A stretch of 64,000 bases of DNA from Octopus vulgaris (lineage: Eukaryota), in contig OX597828.1 in the NCBI GenBank assembly GCA_951406725.2, positions 18,166,001 through 18,230,000 on the forward strand, given 5' to 3'. The position numbers and the translations under genes were made by a program. The notes beneath the pieces were generated by a model, which saw only the letters and a list, made by a program, of their open reading frames with translations, had not been told where the DNA came from and ran no database searches. Shown here piece after piece: positions 1 to 12,842 of this stretch; position 1 is the stretch's first letter; every line of letters begins with the position of its first letter.

Positions 1-164
1 AAAAAAGATACCCTTCCCCCCACCCCTAACCCTAACCCTAACCCTAACTAACCCTAACCCTAAAACGGATTGAAATGCAATAGATCAATAACAGGGTCAT
101 AATCATGGGTGACAATTTCATATGACACCGCTAGAAAAAACTGCCGTTCAAACTGAAAAGATCC
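1..164. mobile_element. End of a probable DNA-transposon/MITE containing interstitial telomere-type (CCCTAA)n repeats at about 24-63; truncated by the window edge
   Basis: About 6 imperfect CCCTAA units are embedded in non-telomeric sequence ending ...AAAAGATCC. The partner end lies outside the window, so the TE class is inferred. Confidence 0.4.
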
Positions 165-319
165 TGGATCTCCTCGATTTCAGGTGCATCAGACACTACA
201 TTACAGTATTCCGTATTGGATTACTATGTAGTATAACAGCTGGGTGTCCACAAAAAGAGCTGCATGTGACTGCCACATAATTCTATGAATCTATACATTG
301 CACTACACGTTCATATATT

Positions 320-610
320 CGTTAGTCCTACTGTTTTTGTTATGTAGTTATCTGAATAATTTTTTATCGTACCTAATGTGCCCACTATGATAGGAATTGT
401 TTCTGTTTTTCGGCTTCACTTTCGAATTACCTCTATTTCCAAATCTTTGTATTCTGAAAGTTTCTCCGTCTCTTTTACATCTGTCGATATTGCTACATCG
501 ATTAGAAAGCAATTTTTTTTTGACATCTGTTGTATTGATACATCGATTACAAAACAATTTTTTTCTTGTTGATCTCTAACAACTATATCTGGCCTATTCA
601 TATATATCCA
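320..610 (-). mobile_element. Non-LTR retrotransposon remnant, restriction-like endonuclease (RLE) domain, R4/Dong-like
   Basis: Minus translation NRPDIVVRDQQEKNCFVIDV...KETEKLSEYKDLEIEV...KTETIPIIVGTLG matches the RPD-x-D...E/K-KY RLE motif. It has an internal duplication of KNCFxIDV and an in-frame stop. Confidence 0.8.
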
Positions 611-1080
611 TCTATATGTGAATTTTCCCTAAAAGGATTAGTTATACGCTGACCACTGATATAATTCATTAATTTTTGAATGATTATATTCTTTAATTAT
701 GTTTAGATCTATCTCATTCACTTCCGGACATTTTATTTACTTCTGTACTATTCTGACCAAATACACACATGGACTACGAAATTCGATTCGTATATATTTA
801 TTGATATTTATCTGTACTCGCATTTATGCGAGTGAATTTATATAGGTATGAATACATATCTTCATTTATCAAGCTCGGTATATTCAACAGAGTTATTATA
901 CTTATCCAGAAATTGATCAATCTAGGATTATCCGAATTATTTTGTAAATTTTTGGTTTGTCCATTTTTCCCGCTTTCAACCTGTGTATATTGAAGTGAAT
1001 ATTGTAATGTTTGGACGTATTTGGCGTCTTTTATCTGGCATACAGGTACAAAGGCTTCTTTGTCCTTAATTATAATTTTA

Positions 1081-1467
1081 TCTCTCTATATATAAACGGC
1101 AGTTTGTCTGTCTGCGTGTCTGTGTGTCTGTTAGGTTGTACCCTCACCCTGACCACGGCTTTCAACCGATTCTGATGAAACTTGACACACACATAGCCCA
1201 ATGTCATAATTCAAAACTAACGCAGCGAAAATTTTGAAAAGTTAACGCCAGTTCTGAAAAAATCGATAAATTCGACATGGGGTCGAGAATCAAAAAAAAC
1301 AAACCACAGACTGTCTAGGGGACGCAACTCAACCTTTTTTTACTCTCAAAAAAAAATTTACCATAATTTTTTTTCCATTTTTTTGCTATTTTTTGGCTAT
1401 AACTCTCTAAAAATGCTTTATAGTTATTTCCCTTACAAACCTGAGCAACGCCGGGCGATACTGCTAG
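1081..1467 (+). mobile_element. Non-autonomous Helitron
   Basis: 5' TC, 3' CTAG (1464-1467), insertion between A and T, a GC-rich subterminal hairpin-like segment CCTGAGCAACGCCGGG, and a (GTCT)n-like tract near the 5' end. Confidence 0.75.
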
Positions 1468-1595
1468 TTCTATATAATTACCTATCTATCTATTTATCTT
1501 TCTCTCTCACACTCTCTCACTCTCTCTCTCTCTCACTCTCTCACTCTCTCTCTCTCTCTCTCTCTCTCTAAATTTATATATATATACATATATAT

Positions 1596-2004
1596 ACTCT
1601 TTTACTCTTTTACTTGTTTGAGTCATTTGACTGTGGCCATGATGGAGCACCGCCTTTAATCGAGCAAATCGATCTCACGACTTAATTTTTGGAAGCCAAA
1701 TACTTATTCTATCGGTCTCTTTTGCTGAACCGCTGTGTTACGGGGACGTAAACACACCAGCATCGGTTATCAAGCGATGTTTGGGAGGGGGGACAAACAC
1801 AGACACAAACATATACACACACACATATATATATATATAATATACATATATACGACGGGCTTCTATCAGTTTCCGTCTACCAAAACCACTCACAAGACTT
1901 TATTGGGCCTGAGAAAACATTTGCCCAAGGTGCCACGCAGTGGGACTGTACCCTGAACCATGTGGTTCTTAAGCAAGCTACTTACAACACAGCCACTCTT
2001 ACGC

Positions 2005-2006
<2 letters not shown>
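1596..2006 (-). mobile_element. SINE family A (tRNA-like head, internal TA/TG microsatellite, CR1-like tail)
   Basis: Reverse complement aligns along its length with the plus copies at 16249, 39881 and 51552. Confidence 0.85.
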
Positions 2007-2045
<39 letters not shown>

Positions 2046-2046
2046 A

Positions 2047-2157
<111 letters not shown>

Positions 2158-2581
2158 CACACACACACATATATTTGTATGTATGTGTGTGTGATTATTT
2201 TTATATGCAAATTAACATACCTCTTCAAAACTTTGGATTTCTTGCAGAGAGACCGAATCGCTTTTCCTCTCCAGTTGAATGTATGCTGTCAATACACACA
2301 CTCATACACACACACACGCACACGCACATCTGTGTGTGCGTGTGACAGGTTAGTTCCATACATTTTCAGTCTACCAATTATTTTAATTTACAATCCAATC
2401 TCACGTTTATGCTACAAGATGCTTGAGCAAGATTTCCGCACAGTTGGATCAAACATCATGTGATTGTCGAAGTCAAATTCTTGAACGATACGGCCATGAT
2501 GTTACCAATTATTGCGAGGTTATTGTGATATGAACGATGAAATTGTAAAGGCAGCACAAAGTCCAATACATTATCAATTGC

Positions 2582-2626
<45 letters not shown>

Positions 2627-2892
2627 TTGAGTGAGATAAACAGAGTTTAAGAAAGCGATAGATACACAGAGAATTCTTAAGATTATGAAGAAAGAATGAA
2701 TTCATAGGTAGGAATTTATTTGCCTATAAAATGTCTTAAATGCAATAAATATATTACTAACAAGAGACAAGAATGGAGCCTCTACGTAGTTACTTGACCA
2801 GGCAGAAACAGTAGCGAAGTCTCTCGTACGTTAAATCGTATTCTCAAAATAATAATAATAATAATAATGATGATGATGTTGATGATGATGAT

Positions 2893-3103
2893 AATCCTTT
2901 CTACTAAAGTCGCAAGTCGTGAAATTTTGGGGATGGGGACTTGTGCATTACACCAACCTCAGGACTCAGCTGGTACTTAATTTATCGACCGCGAAAGGAC
3001 AGAAGGCAAAATCGAACACGGCAGAATTTGAACTCAGAACGTAAATACGGACGAAATGCCGCTACGCATTTTGCTCGGCGTGTAAAGATTCTGCTAGCGC
3101 ACT
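2893..3103 (-). mobile_element. SINE family B
   Basis: Reverse complement contains GTTCTGAGTTCAAATTCTGCCG and the ggtcgataaattaagtacc core shared with copies at 17258, 32452 and 55253. Confidence 0.75.
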
Positions 3104-3106
3104 ATC

Positions 3107-3341
<235 letters not shown>

Positions 3342-3488
3342 CAACCAGAAAATCAACAAGGATTACTGGTGAGGTTTTCGTATTGCTTAAACCTTACAAT
3401 GTGCTGCTCCAACATGACCGCTGTCCATTGACTAAGATAATGGTAAAATATAGAATTAAACGAGTGGAACGACGCTGCTAAAATTTAC

Positions 3489-3741
3489 TTGGATCGTGGG
3501 ACGGCTCCATCAGGGATCCTTGATTTCTTCTGCCGTAATTTGTTGCTAGCACTTCTACAACAATGATGGCTTGCTCTTGCACAGTTCCAGAGTTCATGAA
3601 GAACCGTTTTTGTTTTGTTTTGTCCATGAAAAGCGGTTCTTTAGTTCCTCGCTCAACATTTTCTTCACGTCTGGAGAGAGGGAGCATGACCGGGGTTCTC
3701 CTTAACACATCTCATAACGTAACGTACCTTATTCCAAGATA
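3489..3741 (-). other. Candidate exon of an unidentified minus-strand transcript
   Basis: Unique balanced-GC island preceded on the minus strand by a long pyrimidine tract and CAG acceptor (ctctctcaacag), ending at CCAA|GTAAAT. It has an in-frame stop followed by ATG-initiated MLPLSRREENVERG...MEPSHDP. No recognisable domain. Confidence 0.4.
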
Positions 3742-4803
3742 CTGTTGAGAGAGAAATAGAGGAAGAGAGGGGGAGAGAGAGCGTGTAAGGAAGGAAGAGA
3801 GGGGGAAAGAGGGAAAGAAGGAAGGAAGGAAGGAAAATCCTTTTAAGTTATTTTTCGCATCCAGTTCAAATTACGCAAGAAGTACCGCATTTCTTTCTTT
3901 CTCTCTTCTTTTCTTTTCTTCCTTTCTTTCAGTAATTCTTTCTCTCTTTTCTTTCTTTTTTCTCACTCTTTCTCCCTTTCTTTCTCCTGTTCTCTTCCTC
4001 CCTTTATTCTTTCTTTGTTCTCTTTCTTCAGTCAGTTTTTCATTCTTTCTTTGTTGCCTTCCTTCTTTTCCTTCTTTCCCACCTTCCTTCTCCTCTTTCT
4101 TCCCTTCTTTCTCTCTTTCTCTTTCCTCCATCCTTCTTTTGATTTACTTTCATTGTTTTCCTTCTTCATTCCTTCTTTTTTTTCTCTTTTTTCCCCGGCT
4201 TTCTTTCATTCTTTAACAAATTGGCGCAAAACCCATCAAGTTGATGACTTGTAAAAAGAAAAAACAAAAAAAATCACCCAAAGGAACACAACAGGAAACT
4301 ACTTTTGTATTCCTCGATGAAAATTCCTTAACAAGTGCATTGCACTTGTCAAAAAACTCACCAGGTGGTCGCTAGACCATCTGATGGTGGAAGGAAGAAA
4401 AGAAGGAAAATCAGCATTAAGCAGAGTCTGATTCTTTTTTGTTTTACTTTTAGAAAATGGTATGACATGATTTGAGGGAGATTCGGTTGCTATTTCTGTT
4501 AAATTATGCAATCACCCGAATACTCAGTCATAAAGTGCTGACATGTTCTCTTGTGATGTAGCGTAATGCGGTATCTTGCTGGTGAAGTGTAATGTGTGTA
4601 TGCAGCATAAAATATTACATTGTGTTTACTTTCGAGAAAAATGGTAATACTGTAATAATTTTGATGTGAAACCCATTTTGCAAAACACCCATTACAGACA
4701 AAACCAATAAGAAGAAAGGGTCGATTGCATATGAATATCTCAAAAGGATCAATGCTTTTCCCGAACTATCGACTCATAAGGGAAGCTCCACTGATTCTCT
4801 GAC

Positions 4804-4853
<50 letters not shown>

Positions 4854-5067
4854 TCATTGAGACCCAACGGTGTTAGGTAATGCTGAATAAGTGCTATAGA
4901 CAGACCATAGTTAAGTTCCAAATTCGGTAATATTGCGAATAAAGGGTTCAACGTTGGTTCTATGTCAGCGTGTGTATATATGAATGTTTTGCGTTGTAAG
5001 ATAAAAAAACCAAGGCTGTGTAGATATTTGAGCATAGCCTTAGTTTTTTATCTTATTAAAAGAAAAG

Positions 5068-5119
<52 letters not shown>

Positions 5120-5352
5120 GGAGAATTCACAAAAAAAAACACAAAAGACGAAGACATGTGGTGTAGACAACAAACAGATGTATTAGTATAACGCTCGGGA
5201 AGTGAAAAATTCTTTAACATTTCGAGTCTACGCTCTTCCACAGAAAAGAACAGAGTATGAAAAAAGAAGAGAAAATAGAATGTGTAGTGGCTAGCGATCT
5301 ATTTTCTCACCTGACAGTAAATCAAAATCATTTAATTCCACGGATTCTCTGA

Positions 5353-5409
<57 letters not shown>

Positions 5410-5445
5410 ATATATATCTATAATATAGTGAAGTTGTATGTATGT

Positions 5446-5490
<45 letters not shown>

Positions 5491-5723
5491 TGGCCCATAG
5501 TCACCTGACAATAAATCAAAACCATTTAATTTCAAGATTTATTTATGTTTACAACTGAAGGGATTTAATATAACCATCTAAATATGAAACATCATGAAAA
5601 TTTTTGAAACTGAAGTCCTTCTTGAGCGACACATTTTTACATTTGAGTCAATACAGAATTACAGATTGCATATTTATGGACTTTTGATTTACTGTCGGGT
5701 GACTTTTGACCAACCCTGTATAT

Positions 5724-5780
<57 letters not shown>

Positions 5781-5814
5781 AGTGTGTGTGTGTATTCCTC
5801 TCTGGGCGGGACAC

Positions 5815-6710
5815 CGGTCCATCTGCTTTGCCCTTCATCCTTTCGGGGTCGATGAATTCGGTGGAATTAACTAGGCCCCCAACCTTCCCTATCGGAAGAA
5901 AATTTAGGCAACGTGTCAAAAGTAGAAAGGGCTATTATTACTATTTTAGAAAAGGCGGCGAGTTGACATAATCTTTAGCTCGCCAGGCGGAGTTCAAATT
6001 CCTCCAAGGTCGACTTTACTTTTCATCCTTTCGGGATCGATAAATTAAGTACCAGCTGCGTACTGGAGTCAATCTAATCGGCTAGCCCCCGCCCCCAAAA
6101 TTTTGGGCCTTGTGCCTTGAGTAGAAAAGAAAAGGCGGCGAGCTGGCAGATTAGTTAGCATTTTTTCTTGTCCAATAGGTTCTGAGTTCAAATTCAGCAA
6201 AGTCAATTTCCTCTTTTTTCCAATTCGGGGTGGATAAGTACTAGGAGTTGTGATAATCGACTTGCCCTCTACCCCAACATTTCAGCCCTTTATTTGTTGT
6301 TGCTATTAATTATTGGCGGTAAGCTGGCTGAATTGTTAGCACGCCGGCGAAGTGCTTAGCAGTATTTCGTCTGCCACTACGTTCTGAGTTCAAATTCCGC
6401 CGAGGTCAACTTTGTCTTTCATCCTTTCAGGGTCGATAAATTAAGTACTAGTTGAGTACTGCAGTCGATGTAAACAACTGTCCCTTTCCCCATAAAAGTC
6501 TAGGCCTTGTCCCTATAATAGAAAGGATTAATTTTTGGCGCCGAGCTGGCAAAATCGTTAGCACGTCGGGCAAAATGCTTAGCGATATTTCGTACGTGTT
6601 AATGTTTCGAGTTCAAATTTCGATGAAATCGACTTCACCTGTCTTCCTTTCGGGATCGATAAGAAAAGTATCAGTTTAACACTGGAATCGATGTAATCGA
6701 CTTAACTACC
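5815..6710 (+). mobile_element. Cluster of about 5 head-to-tail SINE family B copies and fragments
   Basis: Recurrent ggcg(g/a)gctggc heads at about 5953, 6132, 6315 and 6536, each followed by gagttcaaatt and a gggtcgataa-like core. Confidence 0.85.
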
Positions 6711-6930
6711 CCTGGGAATGGGTATAAAAAAATAACTGCATCCCACTGCCAAGCCATGTCGAGCCAGTATTACAAAGAGGGCTCACCAAACCAGTATGAT
6801 CTGAAGCTCAAATTCACGGCCTAGTCATAGGACTGCGGTTGTTGGATAAAATATACTGAGACCCTCGTCCTGCAGGGACAGTACATGAGCAATCTAATTC
6901 AATTAACTTCAGAATTAGTGTCTTCTAGAC

Positions 6931-7179
6931 CAGTGTTTCTCAAACGATCTGATGTGGCGTACCGGCAGTTTTTTTTCCAATGCCCCAATCGACTGGTAAT
7001 ATATCTTAGTAATATTAATAGTAGACAATCTTGTATTTGTTTTTAAACAAATAATACAATATTACATAAGCATTTTATAAGCAATTATGTTTCTTTCTTT
7101 TCTGGAAACTCGCCGCGTACCGGCTGCTGATGGCTTGTGGACCGGCACCGGTCCGTGACCACCATTCTGAGTAGCACTG
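6931..7179. mobile_element. hAT (Charlie-like) MITE
   Basis: Imperfect TIRs CAGTGTTTCTCAAA...TTCTGAGTAGCACTG. Flanks tTCTAGAc and aTCTAAAa resemble a decayed 8-bp nTCTAGAn TSD. Confidence 0.7.
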
Positions 7180-8267
7180 ATCTAAAATACCGTTCCTACC
7201 ATGCCATTTTTATTAAGACTATTTCAAGGAAGCTTGTCTTTTATTTCTTGTAAATTTCGTCACGACTTAGAGGTATCCTCATTGACTCTGGATCTGAAGT
7301 TATAATAGGTGCGATTTGACCTTACAGTCTCTTTCTTGCCTCTCTTTCTCTCTCACACACACACCCTCTCTCTCTCTCACTCTCTCTCTCTCTCTCTCTC
7401 TCTTGTTTTCGCTCTTTCTGTCTCTTCCTCTGTGTATGTATCTATCTTAACGATCTCTCATACTCCGTCTCATTCAGTCACTCTGTCCTTCTCTGTTCCA
7501 CCTCTGTCTGTATCTCTCTTATTTTCTATCCCTCTCGCTTTCTGTTCAAAATCTCAATCTAAATTCCTTTCTTTTGCTCTCTCTCTCTCTCTCTCTTTCT
7601 CCCCTTCTTTCACCATTATTGCAATCCCTTTTCTCCTTCTCTTCCCTTCTCTCTATACACATCTCTTGCTCGTTTCTTATTCTTCTCTCCCGCTTCACCT
7701 CTCTCCATCTCTCTTCTCCTTCTTCTCTCTTCATCTCACGCTACCTTTCTCCTCTTCTCTCTTCTCCTCTCTTCTCTCTTCTCCCCTCTTCTCCTCTCCT
7801 CCCACTCTTTCATATGGACACCGGCGTTTATGGAAATGTGGAAGCGTATGCCTAAATTTGGCAAGTGTTCCCAGCATGCTATGCAAGCTGCTGATTGACG
7901 TAAGCATGATTTCTCATGACTGCAGGACAGGCAGGTTTGTTTGCTTCTTTATTTTTATTTAACCTCCACCATATCTCAACTTATAAAGAGAGTGCGTGTT
8001 GGATTCCTACGATGTATTTCTGTCCGTGTATGGTTTGTCTGTCAGTGTGTACAAGCGTTGTGGCGGTACGTGTGTGTGTGTGTGTGAATTAACTTGTTTG
8101 TGTGTTGTAGGCATGTTTGAGTTTAAATGCACACGTGTGTGTGTGTATGTGTGTGCGTGCGTGTGTGTGTGTGTGTGTGTGTGAATGCAGGATTTCAGGT
8201 TGGAAGCATTTTAACTGAATTTACATTCATATGAAGTGCTTGGTGCGTATGTATCTACGTATGTGTG

Positions 8268-8334
<67 letters not shown>

Positions 8335-8433
8335 ATATAAAATATATACATATATATATATATACACGTGTGTCTGTGTGTCCGTGTGAGCGTATGGGTG
8401 TGCATAAACACATGCATGCATATATATGCAAAG

Positions 8434-8474
<41 letters not shown>

Positions 8475-8516
8475 TGGAAACTGAAAGGCGCACGCGATAA
8501 AGATATATATATATAT

Positions 8517-8586
<70 letters not shown>

Positions 8587-8587
8587 C

Positions 8588-9000
8588 TTTATACATAGCA
8601 CAATTCAACACAACACATTGTAACCGCTCCAAACTAAGCCACAGAAGCGCAAATGCAGTCAACAAGTTGTTACCAACAACTAAGGAAATAATGAGCTGCG
8701 GCGATACTGCACATGATAAATTTGGAACCGAGCGAAGGCTTACTGTAAATTTAGATAAATTATTAATGCTGTTAATTTTGAGCATTTGTTGATTTAATTC
8801 AAACGGTTACAGCTATATTTTTGTTCAACAGATAGGGTTTCAATGTCGCAATCAATGTCCTGTAAATTGATAGGAAAATTTAAGAATGGAATACTTATGT
8901 AAAAGCTGTAAATATGGTAGATGAAGTAAATTTTTTTTTTTTTAAATAACTTGGATATGATGGATGGAAGCATGGAGAAATATATAGGTAGGGTATGGTT
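8588..9000 (-). repeat. Unclassified interspersed repeat, inverted relative to the copy at 11335-11760
   Basis: About 400 bp aligns by eye, with shared blocks such as gccgcagctcattattt and acattgaaaccNtatctgttg. Confidence 0.75.
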
Positions 9001-9163
9001 TGATGTAGGCATGGGCAGCTGTTGAGAGTAACTTGTTTTCCAGTCGCAGTGGTTCTTCTTTCGCCGTTCCACATTGCCCCCGCACAGTATGTTGGGCCAA
9101 CAAAAGCCTTGCAATTGTCGGCCCAGCATCGGAAACTCCACGTAAACCGTTCGTGTATATGTA

Positions 9164-9285
<122 letters not shown>

Positions 9286-9294
9286 ATTGATTGA

Positions 9295-9506
9295 TTCTAG
9301 TTTCAGCTCACGAGCTGTGGGCATGCTGGGGCACCGCCATCTTGTGTTGCTACATGGTTTTACTTCACGAATGCTTTTTAGCAACTGCCATTTGGTGCAT
9401 GAGAGAGTTCGATGCAGCTGCCCTCATCTGCACCTCCTGCCGTGAAGTTGGTTCATCTGGGATACCTGACAAGAAAAGATCCAGTTTCATTTTAAAGACA
9501 TCTGCA
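9295..9506 (-). mobile_element. CR1-type LINE 3' end (5'-truncated)
   Basis: Translates DVFKMKLDLFLSGIPDEPTSRQEVQMRAAASNS, the same family as 58721-59525, with the same 3' tail. Confidence 0.8.
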
Positions 9507-9522
9507 TATATATATATATGTA

Positions 9523-9727
9523 TGTAAATATATTATGTGAAACTCCGAGTTTCGGATATCGGGGCGGAAACCCACTCCAGCATCTCTTCAGTTATCCAGC
9601 CATCGAAAAAATGCCATTTTTCGCTAGCTGGATAACTGAAGAGATGGCGGCGTGGGTTTCCGCCCCGACACCCGAAACTCGGAGTTTTATCATGGCTACC
9701 GAATAATTGTCACATATTATATTTACA
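9523..9727. repeat. About 200-bp palindrome, probably inverted Penelope-like terminal repeats
   Basis: 9540-9600 is nearly the reverse complement of 9626-9687, and the outer arms tgtaaatatattatgtga / tcacatattatatttaca also pair. Confidence 0.85.
9631..9691 (+). ncRNA. Putative minimal type-I hammerhead ribozyme
   Basis: Stem I GATAA/TTATC, core CTGAAGA (9636-9642), imperfect stem II, GAAA (9674-9677), stem III CTC-G-GAG and cleavage triplet GUU. Confidence 0.6.
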
Positions 9728-9803
9728 GATTAATTCCTGTTTTTAAATAATATCGAGTTCTCTTTCATTCTTTTGTTCTTACCATTTTCTATCAATATAT
9801 ATG

Positions 9804-9845
<42 letters not shown>

Positions 9846-9966
9846 TATACATACATATATATATGTATGTATATATATATATACATATATATATACACAT
9901 ATATATGTATACATATATATCTATATATACATGTATATATATATATACATGTATATATATATATAC

Positions 9967-10014
<48 letters not shown>

Positions 10015-10179
10015 TGAAAATAATAAGGGTGTAAAATTGAATATTAATTTGATTAATATCAATTTAAAACCAGTGGCCTAGCATGTTGATATATATATAT
10101 ATACATGTCTACATATCAGCCTACAAACAATTCTACCTGTGTATATATAAACTCTGTGTATTGGTGTATAACTTCCTTC

Positions 10180-10470
10180 TACGTATATTTCCTATTTAGT
10201 ACTGCGGATGCTTCATTTATAAGGACGTACTCCTGTATTTGTTTGAGTGTGGATCCATCGGGTGCTTGGATAAAATGTGGATGATAAGTTGACTCAGTGT
10301 GCCACCGTGTTGGTCTTTGGCTTGTTGGTAGAGTAGAGACCACTTTTATTTGGTCGTTATATAGTCTCAAATGTCCATTTAGACTCTCCGAAATGCTTCA
10401 AGATGTCTCACCTATGTATATCATGTGTAATCTTGTCTTACAAGCATCCTCTATGCACCTTAGGCCGGCT
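10180..10470 (-). mobile_element. Penelope-like element GIY-YIG endonuclease remnant
   Basis: Minus translation MIYIGETS*SISESLNGHL...KQIQEYVLINEASAVLNRK retains the YIG motif and the downstream E...I...LN motif, with stop and frameshift damage. Confidence 0.6.
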
Positions 10471-10574
10471 AGATTTTGAGTTCTTCCGTTAATGCCAGGG
10501 TTAACATGAAGTTATCGTTGGTGCAAGCGCTATTCTCAAAGAGGTACGTCCTAAATAGTTGGAATCTGATTGAG

Positions 10575-10619
<45 letters not shown>

Positions 10620-10626
10620 CTTTAAA

Positions 10627-10881
10627 GCTGAAGAATTAAAATTAAAATTAATCAACGGACATACTAAGTATGTCTGCCTGCTGGAAATAACAGTCAAGGT
10701 TATTATTTGAATCACCAAAAATATACTGATGATAACTACAGAAATCAAACGAAAGCAGATTAGATTAATAGAATGTTTCACCATACATTTAAGTATAAGA
10801 ATGTATGTGAATTGCTATTTCCAGCACGCAAACATACTTATAGAATGTCCTTTGATTAATTTTAATTTTAATCCTTCAGCT
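10627..10881. repeat. Inverted repeat with about 65-bp arms
   Basis: agctgaagaattaaaattaaaattaatcaa...gctggaaata pairs with tatttccagc...ttgattaattttaattttaatccttcagct. The spacer carries a degenerate CTGATGA...GAAA. Confidence 0.8.
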
Positions 10882-11039
10882 ATTTAATGCTTTTGTTGGA
10901 CCTCCGATCGCCTATATTATTAATTCTGTTATTACCATCTTTTTTAAATAGCCATTCCGGATGATAACAAAATTACTATCTTAAGCAAATTAATTTTCGA
11001 GAACTATCTTTTCTCCCGAATTGTTTGCCCCTGTATAGA

Positions 11040-11092
<53 letters not shown>

Positions 11093-11334
11093 TGTATGTT
11101 TACACCCACGAAATCTTGCTGTTCGATAACATGTACTGATAGAATGAGTACCAACCTGAAACATAAGTACTGAGATTCGATTTGTTTGGCTAAATTCTTG
11201 AAAGTGGTGCTTATTCCGAAATGCTTATTCACATGCAAGATATTGGTCGCCGCGCATTGGGACTGAAACCGAAACCATGTGGCTGGAAATACGAGCTACT
11301 CTTAACAAATACCCATAACGGCACCTAACTATGC

Positions 11335-11760
11335 CATGCCTAAATATTTCCCCATGCATCCATCCATAATATCCAAGTTATTTCAAGGAAACCCCGTATG
11401 ATTAATTTCATTTCTTCCACCATATATATAATTGCCCGGGGAAAACTTTGCATAGAATTTATTCCGCCTTTAACTTTTCCTATCACTTTACAAGACATTG
11501 AGTGCAACATTGAAACCGTATCTGTTGGACAAAAATATGACTGTAGCATTTTTATTTAACTCAACAAGTGTTCAAAACTAAAAGCATGAATAACTGATCT
11601 AAATTTATAGTAATCTTTCGCTCTGTTCCAAATTTATTAAGTGCAATATTGCCGCAGCTCATTATTTTCTCACTTATTGGTAACAATTAGCAGTCTGCAT
11701 TTGTGATTGTGTGACCCAGTAGTTACGGTGTGTTGTATTGCACTTTGCTATGTATAATGA
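11335..11760 (+). repeat. Second copy of the unclassified repeat at 8588-9000
   Basis: Alignment by eye to the reverse complement of 8588-9000. Confidence 0.75.
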
Positions 11761-11787
11761 CGAAGAACTATCTCTCTCTCTCTCTCT

Positions 11788-11822
<35 letters not shown>

Positions 11823-12155
11823 CCAAGAGAGTTAAAGGTTGTGAATCCAACCAACTAAGGGATAATATCTATCCAATATACTGCTGGTAGAATACCCAAT
11901 TGTTAACACACGGGTGTTTTTTCATTGCATGGCAACTGAATGTAAGAAATAGGTGAGGGGGAAAAGTTTTTATCCTTAATTTATAAAGCAATAAGAAAAT
12001 GGAGGGGTTCAAGAGGCGCTATTCATCAACTTTCAGACATTATATTATGTTTATTTATATATTTAAAAAAAAAGCAATTATAACAATATAACAATAGACA
12101 TACATGTATAACATATTATGTTTTACATATATAATATATATTTTCTTATTGCTGC

Positions 12156-12190
<35 letters not shown>

Positions 12191-12557
12191 AATAAACACA
12201 CATACACACACACATACATATATACATAGAAAGTGCAGCTGAAAAAGAAAAATGAGGGCGGGATATTAGGTAAGAATCGCATTACTTATAGTTTCACAGA
12301 ACTTGGTAATACATACAAATCGTTCCGATACTTGGTTGGAAAGCTTTAAGGGGAAAAAAAACATGATTGGCTTTGTCATACGTAAGGCCCAAACTAATTC
12401 TTGTGTTCTGAAAAAATATTGTAGTAACGGCAGGTTTTTGCATATGAGAAATTGTCTGAAGGGGAATCCGGATATCATAGCACAAGGGGACGAGTAACAG
12501 AACTATACATGATCTTCAATGCCACCCTCTCATGAAAGTGGACATTCGCCATGTATA

Positions 12558-12595
<38 letters not shown>

Positions 12596-12658
12596 ATAAC
12601 TATGTACAATATATATTTCATTTATTTTATATATATATATATATATATATACATATAT

Positions 12659-12824
12659 ACGACGGGCTTCTTTCAGTTTCCGTCTACCAAATCCACTCAC
12701 AAGGCTTTGGTCGACCCGAGGCTATAGTAGAAGACACTTGCCCGAGGTGCCACGCAGTGGGACTGAACCCAGAACCATGTGGTTCGTAAGCGAGCTACTT
12801 ACCACACAGCCACTCCTACGCCTA
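12659..12824 (-). mobile_element. SINE family A, 5' half only
   Basis: Runs from the head to gaagcccgtcg and stops at the internal (TA)n tract. Confidence 0.85.
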
Positions 12825-12842
12825 TAAATACGCCTATATATA

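Noticed and set aside
798-1075. Stop-free stretch of about 90 codons on the minus strand (EAFVPVCQIKDAKYV...)
   Set aside because: No good acceptor, early ATG or recognisable motif, and it abuts a Helitron; cannot be distinguished from chance or TE debris.
7309-7962. 217-aa S/L/F-rich ORF followed by an island with a TGACGTAA (CRE-like) site
   Set aside because: The ORF comes from a CT-rich low-complexity tract, and one 8-mer is not evidence of a promoter.
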